From Prevotella sp. (GTDB lineage Bacteria; Bacteroidota; Bacteroidia; Bacteroidales; Dysgonomonadaceae), in the NCBI GenBank assembly GCA_031285625.1, contig JAITVV010000040.1:1-15303 (forward strand): a stretch of 15,303 nucleotides of DNA, given 5' to 3'. Within the stretch, counting starts at the first letter, position 1. Every line of letters starts with the position of its first letter. This document shows, in pieces, positions 1 to 7,949 of the stretch. Both the position numbers and the translations under genes were made by a program. The notes under the pieces were generated by a model that made no database searches, was not told the DNA's origin, and saw only the letters and a list, made by a program, of their open reading frames with translations.

Positions 1-119
1 ATAATGTTAATATTTGTTAGTAAAATACAGAGCTTTATTAGAAGCGCTCACAAATTTTACTTAACTGGTGGTATACTTTTCAATTATTTTAGTGGACTAC
101 TTTTCAATTATATTATACA
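1..119. mobile_element. Terminus of a probable IS21-family insertion sequence (body of the element lies left of the window)
   Basis: Two 20-bp direct repeats 24 bp apart (68-87, 92-111) are followed by ATTATACA, ending in CA at 118-119. The reverse complement reads TGTATAATATAATTGAAAAGTAGTCCAC...ATAATTGAAAAGTATACCAC. A TG...CA terminus with tandem internal repeats is the established IS21 end architecture. Coding-like sequence starts abruptly at 120. No transposase is present in the window. Confidence 0.7.
68..111 (+). repeat. Pair of 20-bp direct repeats (candidate transposase-binding sites)
   Basis: GTGGTATACTTTTCAATTAT (68-87) vs GTGGACTACTTTTCAATTAT (92-111): 18/20 identical, period 24 bp. 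Confidence 0.9.
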
Positions 120-323
120 CACAGGCAGGAGCAGAATCGGCAGAATATAAGCAATAATCAACCAAGCCAATCGAAAGGTATTATCGAATCGGCTATCGAC
201 GCTTTATCGGGAATGAGCGTATTTCAGACTCACAGTGAGGACTACGAAGAAAACGCTTTCAGGCACAGGATGGAGAATGAAGAGAAGAAGCGCAGGAGGA
301 AAAAGAAAGGGATAAGGAGATAA
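120..323 (+). pseudogene. 3' fragment of a probable relaxase/mobilization nuclease gene, truncated by the IS end
   Basis: Manual translation: HRQEQNRQNISNNQPSQSKGIIESAIDALSGMSVFQTHSEDYEENAFRHRMENEEKKRRRKKKGIRR*. The polar linker, DYEENAFR and poly-basic tail resemble C-termini of Bacteroidota mobilizable-element relaxases. The frame is closed upstream by TAG at 90-92 inside the IS repeats. It lies directly upstream of a mob-associated gene. Confidence 0.6.
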
Positions 324-372
324 ACAGTAACGACAATATCACCAATAATAACAATCTAAAAATTAAAACAAT

Positions 373-972
373 ATGAGCGATTTATCAGCAATAAGCATCA
401 TGTTTGAAGAAATCAAGCAGTTTCTCAAACGGATAGAACAGTCATTTGCCAGAATAAGCAATAACAGCACAACTAATAATGAAAGCAGCATCCGTACATC
501 CGGTATGGCTGATATTGAAAACCATATCAGCCAATCGGAAGATCGGATATTGGCTAAACTGGAGCAGATCGGACAAATCCAAACAGCTCCCCGGAAAATC
601 CGGCATGAAATAGCCATCGATATCAGGTCTTCATGGGTTCCATTGGTAATAGCCGGATTGGCATTATTCCTGATAACATCCTTTGTCCTGTGCTATAAAC
701 TCAAACAGGCGAATGAAAACCTGTCGGATAACGATTTGAAATATCGCTATATCAGGATGTACAGTGGGATCGATTCCACGGATGTATACAAGCTGGAGGA
801 TATTTTCGTTTATCGGCGGAATAAAAAGGTTATCGGACAAATCAGGGAAGATGTTCATAATTACGAGCGCTCTGTTATTGAACAGGCCCAACGCCTGGAG
901 CGGGCAAAACTGAAAGAGAAAGAAGCTGAACGGCTAAGAATGGAGGCGGAGAAACTCAAAAGTGACAAGTAA
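373..972 (+). CDS. Mobilization-cassette protein (single transmembrane segment plus C-terminal coiled coil) of the type found after relaxases in Bacteroidota mobilizable elements
   Basis: 199-aa ORF with an A-rich leader. It has a hydrophobic segment WVPLVIAGLALFLITSFVLCY, then DNDLKYRYIRM and a charged coiled-coil tail (EQAQRLERAKLKEKEAERLRMEAEKLK). Family assignment is from recall and gene context. Confidence 0.6.
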   Translation: MSDLSAISIMFEEIKQFLKRIEQSFARISNNSTTNNESSIRTSGMADIENHISQSEDRILAKLEQIGQIQTAPRKIRHEIAIDIRSSWVPLVIAGLALFLITSFVLCYKLKQANENLSDNDLKYRYIRMYSGIDSTDVYKLEDIFVYRRNKKVIGQIREDVHNYERSVIEQAQRLERAKLKEKEAERLRMEAEKLKSDK

Positions 973-985
973 GGCCTGCCATCAG

Positions 986-1024
986 AAATTCCCCTTTTGG
1001 TCATTATTATCAAAAGGGGAATTT
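986..1024. terminator. Perfect 14-bp inverted repeat, probable intrinsic terminator after the mob cassette
   Basis: AAATTCCCCTTTTG (986-999), 11-nt loop, CAAAAGGGGAATTT (1011-1024), starting 14 nt after the stop at 972. The U-tract is weak. Confidence 0.7.
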
Positions 1025-1100
1025 AAAGAATCTCTCAATATCTGTTTTTTCGGTAAAAATTAAACAGGCTTCAAATTATAATGATATCAATATAAATTAA

Positions 1101-1108
1101 TACATTTG
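1101..1108 (+). promoter_or_regulatory. Bacteroidota housekeeping promoter -7 element for the ECF sigma gene
   Basis: TACATTTG is an exact match to the TAnnTTTG consensus and ends 27 nt before the TTG start. No clear -33 TTTG was seen. Confidence 0.6.
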
Positions 1109-1135
1109 CCGTTGTTAGACCTAAAATATTACTAG

Positions 1136-1717
1136 TTGGAATCTGAGAAAGGCATATTATTAAAACTTCGAGACGGCTCATCCGAAGCCTTTGAGACGTT
1201 GTTTCACAAATATGGAGGAAAGCTGTATAATTTTACTCTTAAACTATCTTCCGGAAATACGCATGTGGCGGAGGAAATAGTTCAGAATACTTTCGTCCAG
1301 GTTTGGGAGACACGCAACTTTATTAATCCCGATAAATCTTTTATTTCCTACTTATGTACTATCGCTAAAAACAGGTTGGTTAATGAATATGAACATCAGG
1401 CAGTGAGACATATTTACAGAGATTATATCCGGAAGCATCACTCCGATGTAGATAATATTACCGAAAAAGAAATAGACAGGAACTTGCTGGAAGAATATAT
1501 AGATTGCCTGATAGAGAAACTGCCTCCCGCAAGGAAACAAATATTCATATTAAGCAGGAAGGAAATGTTGTCGAATAAGGAAATTGCCAAACAACTCAAT
1601 CTCTCGGAAAATACCGTCCGGAACCAGTTGTCAAGTGCGGTATCCTTTATGAAGGAACATCTGGCAAGGCATTACGACAACATAATATCCATATTATTAA
1701 TGATGTATATATGTTAA
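1136..1717 (+). CDS. ECF RNA polymerase sigma-70 factor (Bacteroidetes PUL-associated type)
   Basis: 193 aa. Region 2 is AFETLFHKY...AEEIVQNTFVQVWE...FISYLCTIAKN. The region 4 HTH is LPPARKQIFILSRKEMLSNKEIAKQLNLSENTVRNQLSSA. It has a short hydrophobic C-tail and sits next to fecR-susC. The TTG start is immediately preceded by an in-frame TAG. Confidence 0.95.
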   Translation: MESEKGILLKLRDGSSEAFETLFHKYGGKLYNFTLKLSSGNTHVAEEIVQNTFVQVWETRNFINPDKSFISYLCTIAKNRLVNEYEHQAVRHIYRDYIRKHHSDVDNITEKEIDRNLLEEYIDCLIEKLPPARKQIFILSRKEMLSNKEIAKQLNLSENTVRNQLSSAVSFMKEHLARHYDNIISILLMMYIC

Positions 1718-1730
1718 TTAAATCAAACAA

Positions 1731-1766
1731 AATAGCGGATTGCTTGTCGTTTCCTGTATAATATAT
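1731..1766 (+). promoter_or_regulatory. Candidate ECF sigma-dependent promoter upstream of the anti-sigma gene
   Basis: AATAG (1731-1735), 18 nt, CTGTA (1754-1758), TAATATAT. The same bipartite motif with identical spacing occurs at 2913-2948. Confidence 0.5.
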
Positions 1767-1795
1767 GTGAGTTAGGATTAAAATAAAACAAAAGG

Positions 1796-2794
1796 ATGAA
1801 AATGAATAAAGATATTTTTCTGCTATTTGAACGGTATATATCGGGTGAAGCATCACCGGATGAAGCCATACAGTTAAGATCATACTTTGAAAACGACACC
1901 GATCTTAATAAATGGCTGGAAGATCAGATTGCAAATTCGCCGGATACTATCGACCCGGACATAAAGATAAGAATGCTGGAGAATATACGTTCCCGGACAG
2001 GTTATGATACTACGCTACATGTCGCTCCGATAAAGAAAGATAACTTTAAACTTTACCTGAGGAAAATTTCAAATATTGCGGCAGTTCTGTTGCCCGTTGT
2101 TATTATACTTGGCATATGGTTATACCCGGAGACTCAGAAGGCGGGGCTGTTTGAGGTTATTGCCGACAAGGGGGAGAAAGCGAGCCTGACATTACCCGAA
2201 GGCAGTAAGGTTGTGATAAATTCGGATTCGAAAATCACATACTACAATGATTATAATCAAAAAGACCGCTACGTGAAATTAACAGGAGAAGCCTATTTCG
2301 AGGTAAAGCATAATCCTGAAAAAACCTTTATTGTAGAATTCGGAGATGTGAAAGTCAAGGTTTTGGGAACAAGTTTCGGAATAAAAACATATGATAATGA
2401 AGAGAATGTTTCTATTGTTTTAAGCTCGGGCAAGATACGGCTGATAACTCCCAGAGAAGAGATCGAAATGACTCCCAACGACCGGATAATATATAATAAA
2501 ACGACACAAACAACAACCAGTGAAAAAGTCGATGCCAATGATTACACTGATTGGAGGCAAAATCGTCTCCGATTTGAAAACGAATCATTGGAGACTATTA
2601 TGAAAACGATTTCACGGATGCATAATACAGATATAGTCTTTGAAGACTCACAGTTGAAAAACCAGCGATTTACCGGAACCATCAATAATACGAATATAAA
2701 AGATGTTTTGGAGGCAATAAGACTCACTTCATCGATAGACTACAGGTCGAAAGATAGTATTGTTTATTTGTATGAAAATAAAGTGAATCACTAA
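1796..2794 (+). CDS. fecR: FecR-family transmembrane anti-sigma factor/sensor
   Basis: 332 aa. It has an N-terminal cytoplasmic domain (ERYISGEASPDE), a TM helix (IAAVLLPVVIILGIWL), FecR motifs (LTLPEGSKVVINSDS, VKLTGEAYFEV, KVLGTSF) and a C-terminal WRQNRLRFENESL...FTG domain. Confidence 0.93.
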   Translation: MKMNKDIFLLFERYISGEASPDEAIQLRSYFENDTDLNKWLEDQIANSPDTIDPDIKIRMLENIRSRTGYDTTLHVAPIKKDNFKLYLRKISNIAAVLLPVVIILGIWLYPETQKAGLFEVIADKGEKASLTLPEGSKVVINSDSKITYYNDYNQKDRYVKLTGEAYFEVKHNPEKTFIVEFGDVKVKVLGTSFGIKTYDNEENVSIVLSSGKIRLITPREEIEMTPNDRIIYNKTTQTTTSEKVDANDYTDWRQNRLRFENESLETIMKTISRMHNTDIVFEDSQLKNQRFTGTINNTNIKDVLEAIRLTSSIDYRSKDSIVYLYENKVNH

Positions 2795-2842
2795 TCTTGA
2801 TATAAATAATTGGAATATACCGGTTTGAAAATAACCCGGACG

Positions 2843-2870
2843 GTAGTACATGCCTGTGCTACAGTTTTTT
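2843..2870 (+). terminator. Probable intrinsic terminator after fecR
   Basis: GTAGTACA (2843-2850), loop TGCC, TGTGCTAC (2855-2862): an 8-bp stem with one G-U pair, followed by AG and T6 (2865-2870). Confidence 0.6.
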
Positions 2871-2903
2871 AGATGGAATATAGTGTTAAATATAGTTAAA
2901 ATT

Positions 2904-2911
2904 GGGGGGGG
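2904..2911. repeat. G8 homopolymer in the AT-rich susC upstream region
   Basis: Eight consecutive G, ending 1 nt before the AATAG motif at 2913. Confidence 0.9.
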
Positions 2912-2912
2912 T

Positions 2913-2948
2913 AATAGTAAAAATACTATAAACAGCTGTAAACACTAT
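2913..2948 (+). promoter_or_regulatory. Candidate ECF sigma-dependent promoter upstream of susC
   Basis: AATAG (2913-2917), 18 nt, CTGTA (2936-2940), AACACTAT. It matches 1731-1766 and lies just downstream of the fecR terminator, so susC would need its own promoter here. Confidence 0.5.
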
Positions 2949-3007
2949 AACTTGGATGAATATCCGGGTATAGAAATATTTTGTTAACAGTTAAAAATTG
3001 TATTACC

Positions 3008-6000
3008 ATGAAGATCAAAATCCCATTAAATTGGAACCGGGTGTTGCATATTTTATTTATGCTACTCTTGTCTCACAGTTTATTTTCACAAATTACGGTC
3101 GATATTAAAAATAAGCCGTTAAAAGACGCCCTGAAAGAAGTTGAAAATAAAAGTTCACTCAAATTCTTTTATAACAATGATCTGGAAGGACTGAACAAAG
3201 TCGTTTCGTTGAAAATCTCAGACGGCAATATCGATGCTACACTCAGCCAATTGCTTTCGGGTAGCGAAATCAGTTATCAGAAACAGGATAACAATATCAT
3301 ACTCCTTATTCCTAAAAAAGCCGGTCCGGCTCAAGAGAAGCCCAAAAAGATAAAAGGAGTTATTAAGGATGAGAAAGGCGAAACTGTTATCGGAGCCTCC
3401 GTGGTGGTCAAGGGCACGTCTGTAGGCACGGTTACCGATATCGACGGTCTGTTTTCTCTGGATGTTCCGCAAGATGCTACACTGACTATATCGTACCTCG
3501 GCTTTTTGCCGCAGGAGATAAAGATTGGTGATAAAACGGCATTGGATATTATCCTGAAAGAAAATACCCAGATACTGGATGAAATTGTCGTTGTAGGATA
3601 TGGCGTACAGAAAAAAAGAGACCTGACGGGAGCGCTATCCTCTGTGAAAATGGATGATGCCCCGGTCGGTACATTATCCACAGTGAGCCATGCACTGGCG
3701 GGAAAAGCTGCCGGATTACGCGTAACACAAACGACAGCCCAACCGGGTGCCGGCGCCAAGTTCCGTATCCGTGGCGAAACATCCATCAATGCCGGAAATG
3801 AGCCATTGATAGTCATAGACGGGTTTCCCGTATCCTCCTCTCCAACTCCGGGCGGAGCTAGCGGGACCTACCAGAATGACGCGGGAAGTCAGGATAATGT
3901 TCTCGAAATGCTGAATCCCAACGATATCGAAAGCATAGAGGTCTTAAAGGATGCTTCGGCTACAGCCATATACGGCGCCCGTGCAGGGCATGGCGTAATC
4001 CTTGTTACAACCAAGCGCGGCAAGGAAGGGAAGACCAGTGTCACCTACTCCGGCAATATGGCGGTATCGCAAATGGCTTCCCGGTACGAACTGATGAACG
4101 CTCAGGAATACATGACGCTAAACAACGCATATGCGCTTGAAAAATGGCGTAGAGACAATGCACAGGGCGTTTATGCAGGTTATCCGCCGATAGGCACGCC
4201 TTATGATTACACACCATTGTATACGGACGCCCAAATCGCCAACGCGAAAACTACCGACTGGATGAAGGAAATCACAAGGACAGGATTCCAGCAATCGCAT
4301 AATGTATCGCTCACCGGCGGTAACGAGAAAGGACGCTATCTGGCATCTTTAAATTACTTTGACCAGAAGGGAGTAATGAAGAACAGCAGCATGAACCGAC
4401 TGACGATAAACCTGAATAGCGATTATGAATTGTCGAAGTATATAAAAGCCGGCTTTTCCGTTAATATCAGCCGGAACTATTACGACAATGTACCGATGGG
4501 AACAGGTGAAGGAGAAGTGAGCGGGCTTATCGCATCGGCAGCGTTTTTCGAACCTCACATACCTGTACGCGACGATAACGGCGACTACTCTGTATCGAAT
4601 GTCTATCTCTTGAGACCGAATCCCGTATCGTTACTCGATATTAAAGATAATACGACCAAAGACAGGGTGCTGGCGTCGGGTTACCTGCAGGCAGAACCCA
4701 TTAAGGATTTACTCCTTAAAACAACCATGGGTTTCGACCGCAGATCAGCAAAGAGAAAGGCTTACTACCCGTCTACCGTTGTGGGGAGAGATAAATCGAA
4801 AAACGGTATCGGACATCAGGTACAGGACGATGGGATGGACTATCTGGTAAACTTCACAGCTAATTACATGAAAACATTCGGAGATCACTCCCTGACAGCT
4901 CTGGCTGGTTGGGAATTTCAAAGGCTTACATCCGAATGGTTTCGCGCAGGAAATACGAACTTCCCTATAGATGCATTTGAATACAACAACCTGGGAGCAG
5001 GGTCCGGCGACAAGGACGTGGCTTCCGAATCATCACAACGGGAAATGGCCTCTGTATTCGGGCGTATCAACTATTCGTATGCGAACAAATACCTCTTTAC
5101 AGCGACACTGCGTGCCGATGGAGCTTCCAACTTCAATCCGGATCATAGATGGGGCTATTTTCCTTCAGTGTCGTTAGGATGGAGGTTTGTCGAAGAATCT
5201 TTTATGAGCGGTATCAAGGGGATTCTGTCGAACGGGAAACTGCGGGGAGGTTACGGACAAACCGGTAATTCCAATATAGGAAACCGCACATTGAACTATT
5301 TCGGGCCGGGAGAAAAATGGGTATTTGGTAATACAGGATCCACAGGAATGAAACTTACCGAACTGGGAAATCAGTTTATAACATGGGAGACTACCAGCGA
5401 ATGGAATATCGGGTTGGATTTAGGTTTCCTGAACAACCGTATCAACCTTACGGCTGAATATTATGACCGTATCGTTTCAGACCTTCTGGTTAAAGAAAAA
5501 AAGCTGGCTTCTTACAGTGAAATCACAACCATGGCTGCAAATATCGGCAAAACACGCGGACGCGGGCTTGAACTCACACTGAACACAGTAAATATCCAGC
5601 GGAGAGATCTTGAATGGACAAGCGACCTTACATTTTCTACATATGAAGACCGTTGGGAAGAACGCGATCCTGACTGGGTGCCCAGACCATATGAAAGTGC
5701 GAAAGATCCTATACGTGCAGAGTACACTTATCTCTCTGACGGCCTGTTGCAACCGGGTGAAGAAGCTCCGGCATGGCAGAAAGGATTGTTACCTGGTCAG
5801 ATCAAATTGAAAAAACTGGATAAAAATTCCGATATACTTAGCCAAGGCGATAAAGTGATGATCGGATCCAACGACCCGGATTTCTCTTTTGGCTTCAACA
5901 ATAGCCTGCGTTACAAGAGACTTGATTTCAACATGTACCTTTATGGAGAAGTCGGACGCCTGCATGGTCCCGGCTACAAAGACATCTGGACTCCATATAA

Positions 6001-6382
6001 CTTCCTGGCATCGACCAAAGGGTTGCCTAATGGAGCGAAAAATGCGCTTAACAGCTGGACCTCGGACAAAGGCGCGGCCACGACCCCTAGTATATTGAAT
6101 TCTGACGAAGGGAAAATGTCAGGAGACTATTTTATCAAAAAAATATCATTCCTGCGTTGCCGCAACATCACTGTGGGTTACACTATTCCTGTGTCGCAAA
6201 AAATTGTGAATAGCCTCAGGATAACCGCTACTGTAAGCAATCCGTTCCTTATTTCCAATTATGACGGACTCGATCCCGAAACGGATTATGATGTAAGAAG
6301 AAGCGCGGATAATCCCAATATCAGCAACTCTTCCTATCCTAATGTGCGCACTTACAGCCTGGGAGTTGATATTAAGTTTTAA
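3008..6382 (+). CDS. susC: SusC/RagA-family TonB-dependent outer-membrane transporter with N-terminal STN signalling extension
   Basis: After a signal peptide come an STN-like domain (ITVDIKNKPLKDALKEVENKS), a CarboxypepD_reg-like domain (GETVIGASVVVKGT) and LDEIVVVGYG. Plug motifs are IRGETSINAGNEPLIVIDG and LNPNDIESIEVLKDASATAIYGARAGHGVILVTTKRG. Barrel motifs are RADGASNF, WGYFPSVS and ITWET, and the protein ends in F. ATG 3008 is preferred over the ORF-track TTG at 2981. Confidence 0.97.
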   Translation: MKIKIPLNWNRVLHILFMLLLSHSLFSQITVDIKNKPLKDALKEVENKSSLKFFYNNDLEGLNKVVSLKISDGNIDATLSQLLSGSEISYQKQDNNIILLIPKKAGPAQEKPKKIKGVIKDEKGETVIGASVVVKGTSVGTVTDIDGLFSLDVPQDATLTISYLGFLPQEIKIGDKTALDIILKENTQILDEIVVVGYGVQKKRDLTGALSSVKMDDAPVGTLSTVSHALAGKAAGLRVTQTTAQPGAGAKFRIRGETSINAGNEPLIVIDGFPVSSSPTPGGASGTYQNDAGSQDNVLEMLNPNDIESIEVLKDASATAIYGARAGHGVILVTTKRGKEGKTSVTYSGNMAVSQMASRYELMNAQEYMTLNNAYALEKWRRDNAQGVYAGYPPIGTPYDYTPLYTDAQIANAKTTDWMKEITRTGFQQSHNVSLTGGNEKGRYLASLNYFDQKGVMKNSSMNRLTINLNSDYELSKYIKAGFSVNISRNYYDNVPMGTGEGEVSGLIASAAFFEPHIPVRDDNGDYSVSNVYLLRPNPVSLLDIKDNTTKDRVLASGYLQAEPIKDLLLKTTMGFDRRSAKRKAYYPSTVVGRDKSKNGIGHQVQDDGMDYLVNFTANYMKTFGDHSLTALAGWEFQRLTSEWFRAGNTNFPIDAFEYNNLGAGSGDKDVASESSQREMASVFGRINYSYANKYLFTATLRADGASNFNPDHRWGYFPSVSLGWRFVEESFMSGIKGILSNGKLRGGYGQTGNSNIGNRTLNYFGPGEKWVFGNTGSTGMKLTELGNQFITWETTSEWNIGLDLGFLNNRINLTAEYYDRIVSDLLVKEKKLASYSEITTMAANIGKTRGRGLELTLNTVNIQRRDLEWTSDLTFSTYEDRWEERDPDWVPRPYESAKDPIRAEYTYLSDGLLQPGEEAPAWQKGLLPGQIKLKKLDKNSDILSQGDKVMIGSNDPDFSFGFNNSLRYKRLDFNMYLYGEVGRLHGPGYKDIWTPYNFLASTKGLPNGAKNALNSWTSDKGAATTPSILNSDEGKMSGDYFIKKISFLRCRNITVGYTIPVSQKIVNSLRITATVSNPFLISNYDGLDPETDYDVRRSADNPNISNSSYPNVRTYSLGVDIKF

Positions 6383-6409
6383 TCATTAAACGATAAAAAA
6401 TTAAAACAG

Positions 6410-7885
6410 ATGAAAAGAATTTATTTATATTCAATAATATTGCTTTGTATCGTATTTGCCCTGTCGGGTTGTGAACTGGAATCGAAAGAGTACGGTAAGG
6501 TCAATTCGTCCCTGTACCCGACTACCCAACGGGATATGCTTGACCTGGTTACCTCCAATGCATATGGAGGCTTTGCCAATAGTGGTTATGAGGGTGGATT
6601 CAATGTAGCTACCGGGTTCCACCTTTTAGGAGATATGGCGACTGATTTCGGGTTATGCGCATGGGGAGAAGGCAACTGGGGACAGCTGAATTACGCGAAC
6701 TTTCAGAATAAAGAGGGTGAGCGTAATCCCCGCCGTTCGTGGGGTCCCTACCTGCCATGGATAAGCAGGATGGAAACGACTATCGACCGCATAAAAAATA
6801 TAGAAGGGGTAAACGAAAACCTCAAAAAACGCAGTATCGCAGAACTGGAATGCGGACAGGCCTTTATGGCATTCCTGCTATGGGATTTCTACGGCGAAAT
6901 AGTTATTGCCGATCTGGAAACGCTCAAAGATCCGCAAAATGTAAAAATCCTGCCTCGTAAAAATTCCGGCGAAACCGCAGCATATATAGAAAATAAATTG
7001 AGGTCGGTAATATCGGCGAATGTATTGGTCAAATCCTACGTCAAAAACGACGCTGAGTATGGACGTTTTACCGAAGGCTTATGCCATATGCTATTGCTTA
7101 AGTTATATATGCAGAACCATCAGTGGGATAAGGCTATAACTGAAGGCCGGGAACTGATGAAAGCCGAATATGGTTACGGACTGGTTACAGATACCGGTAC
7201 TGCTGGTACAGCCTATGCAAATATTTTCGCATCGGCCAATGAGGGAAATAGAGAAACTATATGGGCTACAAACGGATTGAAGGAATATCAGTCGCACATT
7301 TGGTACGATCATGTAATTGCCTGGGGTGGTTATAAAATGACGTGGGATTTCTTTCATACTTTCGAAACAGGGGATCAGCGTGCCGGAGCAGAAGTGATTA
7401 CGGTTCCGGCTACCTCCGAGATAGGTGTTATGCCGGTGAAATACGATATGAAAGACAGGACAGGCGGAGATTGTTATACAGACTGGATTGTATTTCGCTA
7501 TGCCGATGCCATCACGCTGTTGGCCGAAGCTATTGTACATCAGGGTGGGACAGTCACACCGGAAGCTCTTGGCCTGCTGAATCAGGTGCGAACCAGAGCC
7601 GGTCTTCCGGCATATGGTACCGGTGATTTCCCGGGTAAAGATGATTTCATCGATAAGTTATTATGGGAGCGCGCCCATGAATTATGGTACGAGGGATGCC
7701 GCCGTCAGGATTTGATACGCAATAACAAATATGTGGAAATCATGGCGGAAAAATGTAAAAGGAATGGCAAAACGGATTTCATCACCACCCTGGGAACAAA
7801 ATCTCATTTGTTTCCATTGCCGGATGATGCTATCAATGAATTTACAAAAGGAGGTTTCACCGGCCAGCAAAATCCGGGATACTAA
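6410..7885 (+). CDS. susD: SusD/RagB-family glycan-binding outer-membrane lipoprotein
   Basis: Lipobox LSG-C21; motifs FRYADAITLLAEA, LNQVRTRAG and ERAHELWYEGCRRQDLIR; C-terminal QNPGY; directly follows susC. Confidence 0.96.
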   Translation: MKRIYLYSIILLCIVFALSGCELESKEYGKVNSSLYPTTQRDMLDLVTSNAYGGFANSGYEGGFNVATGFHLLGDMATDFGLCAWGEGNWGQLNYANFQNKEGERNPRRSWGPYLPWISRMETTIDRIKNIEGVNENLKKRSIAELECGQAFMAFLLWDFYGEIVIADLETLKDPQNVKILPRKNSGETAAYIENKLRSVISANVLVKSYVKNDAEYGRFTEGLCHMLLLKLYMQNHQWDKAITEGRELMKAEYGYGLVTDTGTAGTAYANIFASANEGNRETIWATNGLKEYQSHIWYDHVIAWGGYKMTWDFFHTFETGDQRAGAEVITVPATSEIGVMPVKYDMKDRTGGDCYTDWIVFRYADAITLLAEAIVHQGGTVTPEALGLLNQVRTRAGLPAYGTGDFPGKDDFIDKLLWERAHELWYEGCRRQDLIRNNKYVEIMAEKCKRNGKTDFITTLGTKSHLFPLPDDAINEFTKGGFTGQQNPGY

Positions 7886-7912
7886 CCCTATACCAAATTT
7901 GATATAAAAACG

Positions 7913-7949
7913 AAAGAGATTATCTGCCTGATGGCAGATAATCTCTTTT
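7913..7949 (+). terminator. Perfect 16-bp hairpin after susD (terminator/attenuator or mRNA-stabilising stem)
   Basis: AAAGAGATTATCTGCC (7913-7928), loop TGAT, GGCAGATAATCTCTTT (7933-7948), followed by TATTCT. Confidence 0.8.

Noticed and set aside
8-16. Outward-facing IS promoter (TAATATTTG)
   Set aside because: It is not an exact TAnnTTTG match, and the -33 region is outside the window.
68-111. CRISPR array or iteron interpretation of the 20-bp repeats
   Set aside because: There are only two copies, 4 nt apart, with no spacers and no cas or rep gene. The terminal CA and the gene truncation fit an IS end better.
976-985. CTGCCATCAG matching the reverse complement of 7928-7937 in the susD hairpin
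   Set aside because: A lone 10-bp match is expected by chance in 15 kb.
2981-3007. TTG start for susC
   Set aside because: ATG 3008 gives a more normal signal peptide and initiation context.
2795-3100. Cis-antisense sRNA (DonS-like) known from ECF-regulated Bacteroides PULs
   Set aside because: I found no minus-strand TAnnTTTG (CAAAnnTA on +) near the susC start. It is unsupported here, though only RNA-seq could exclude it.
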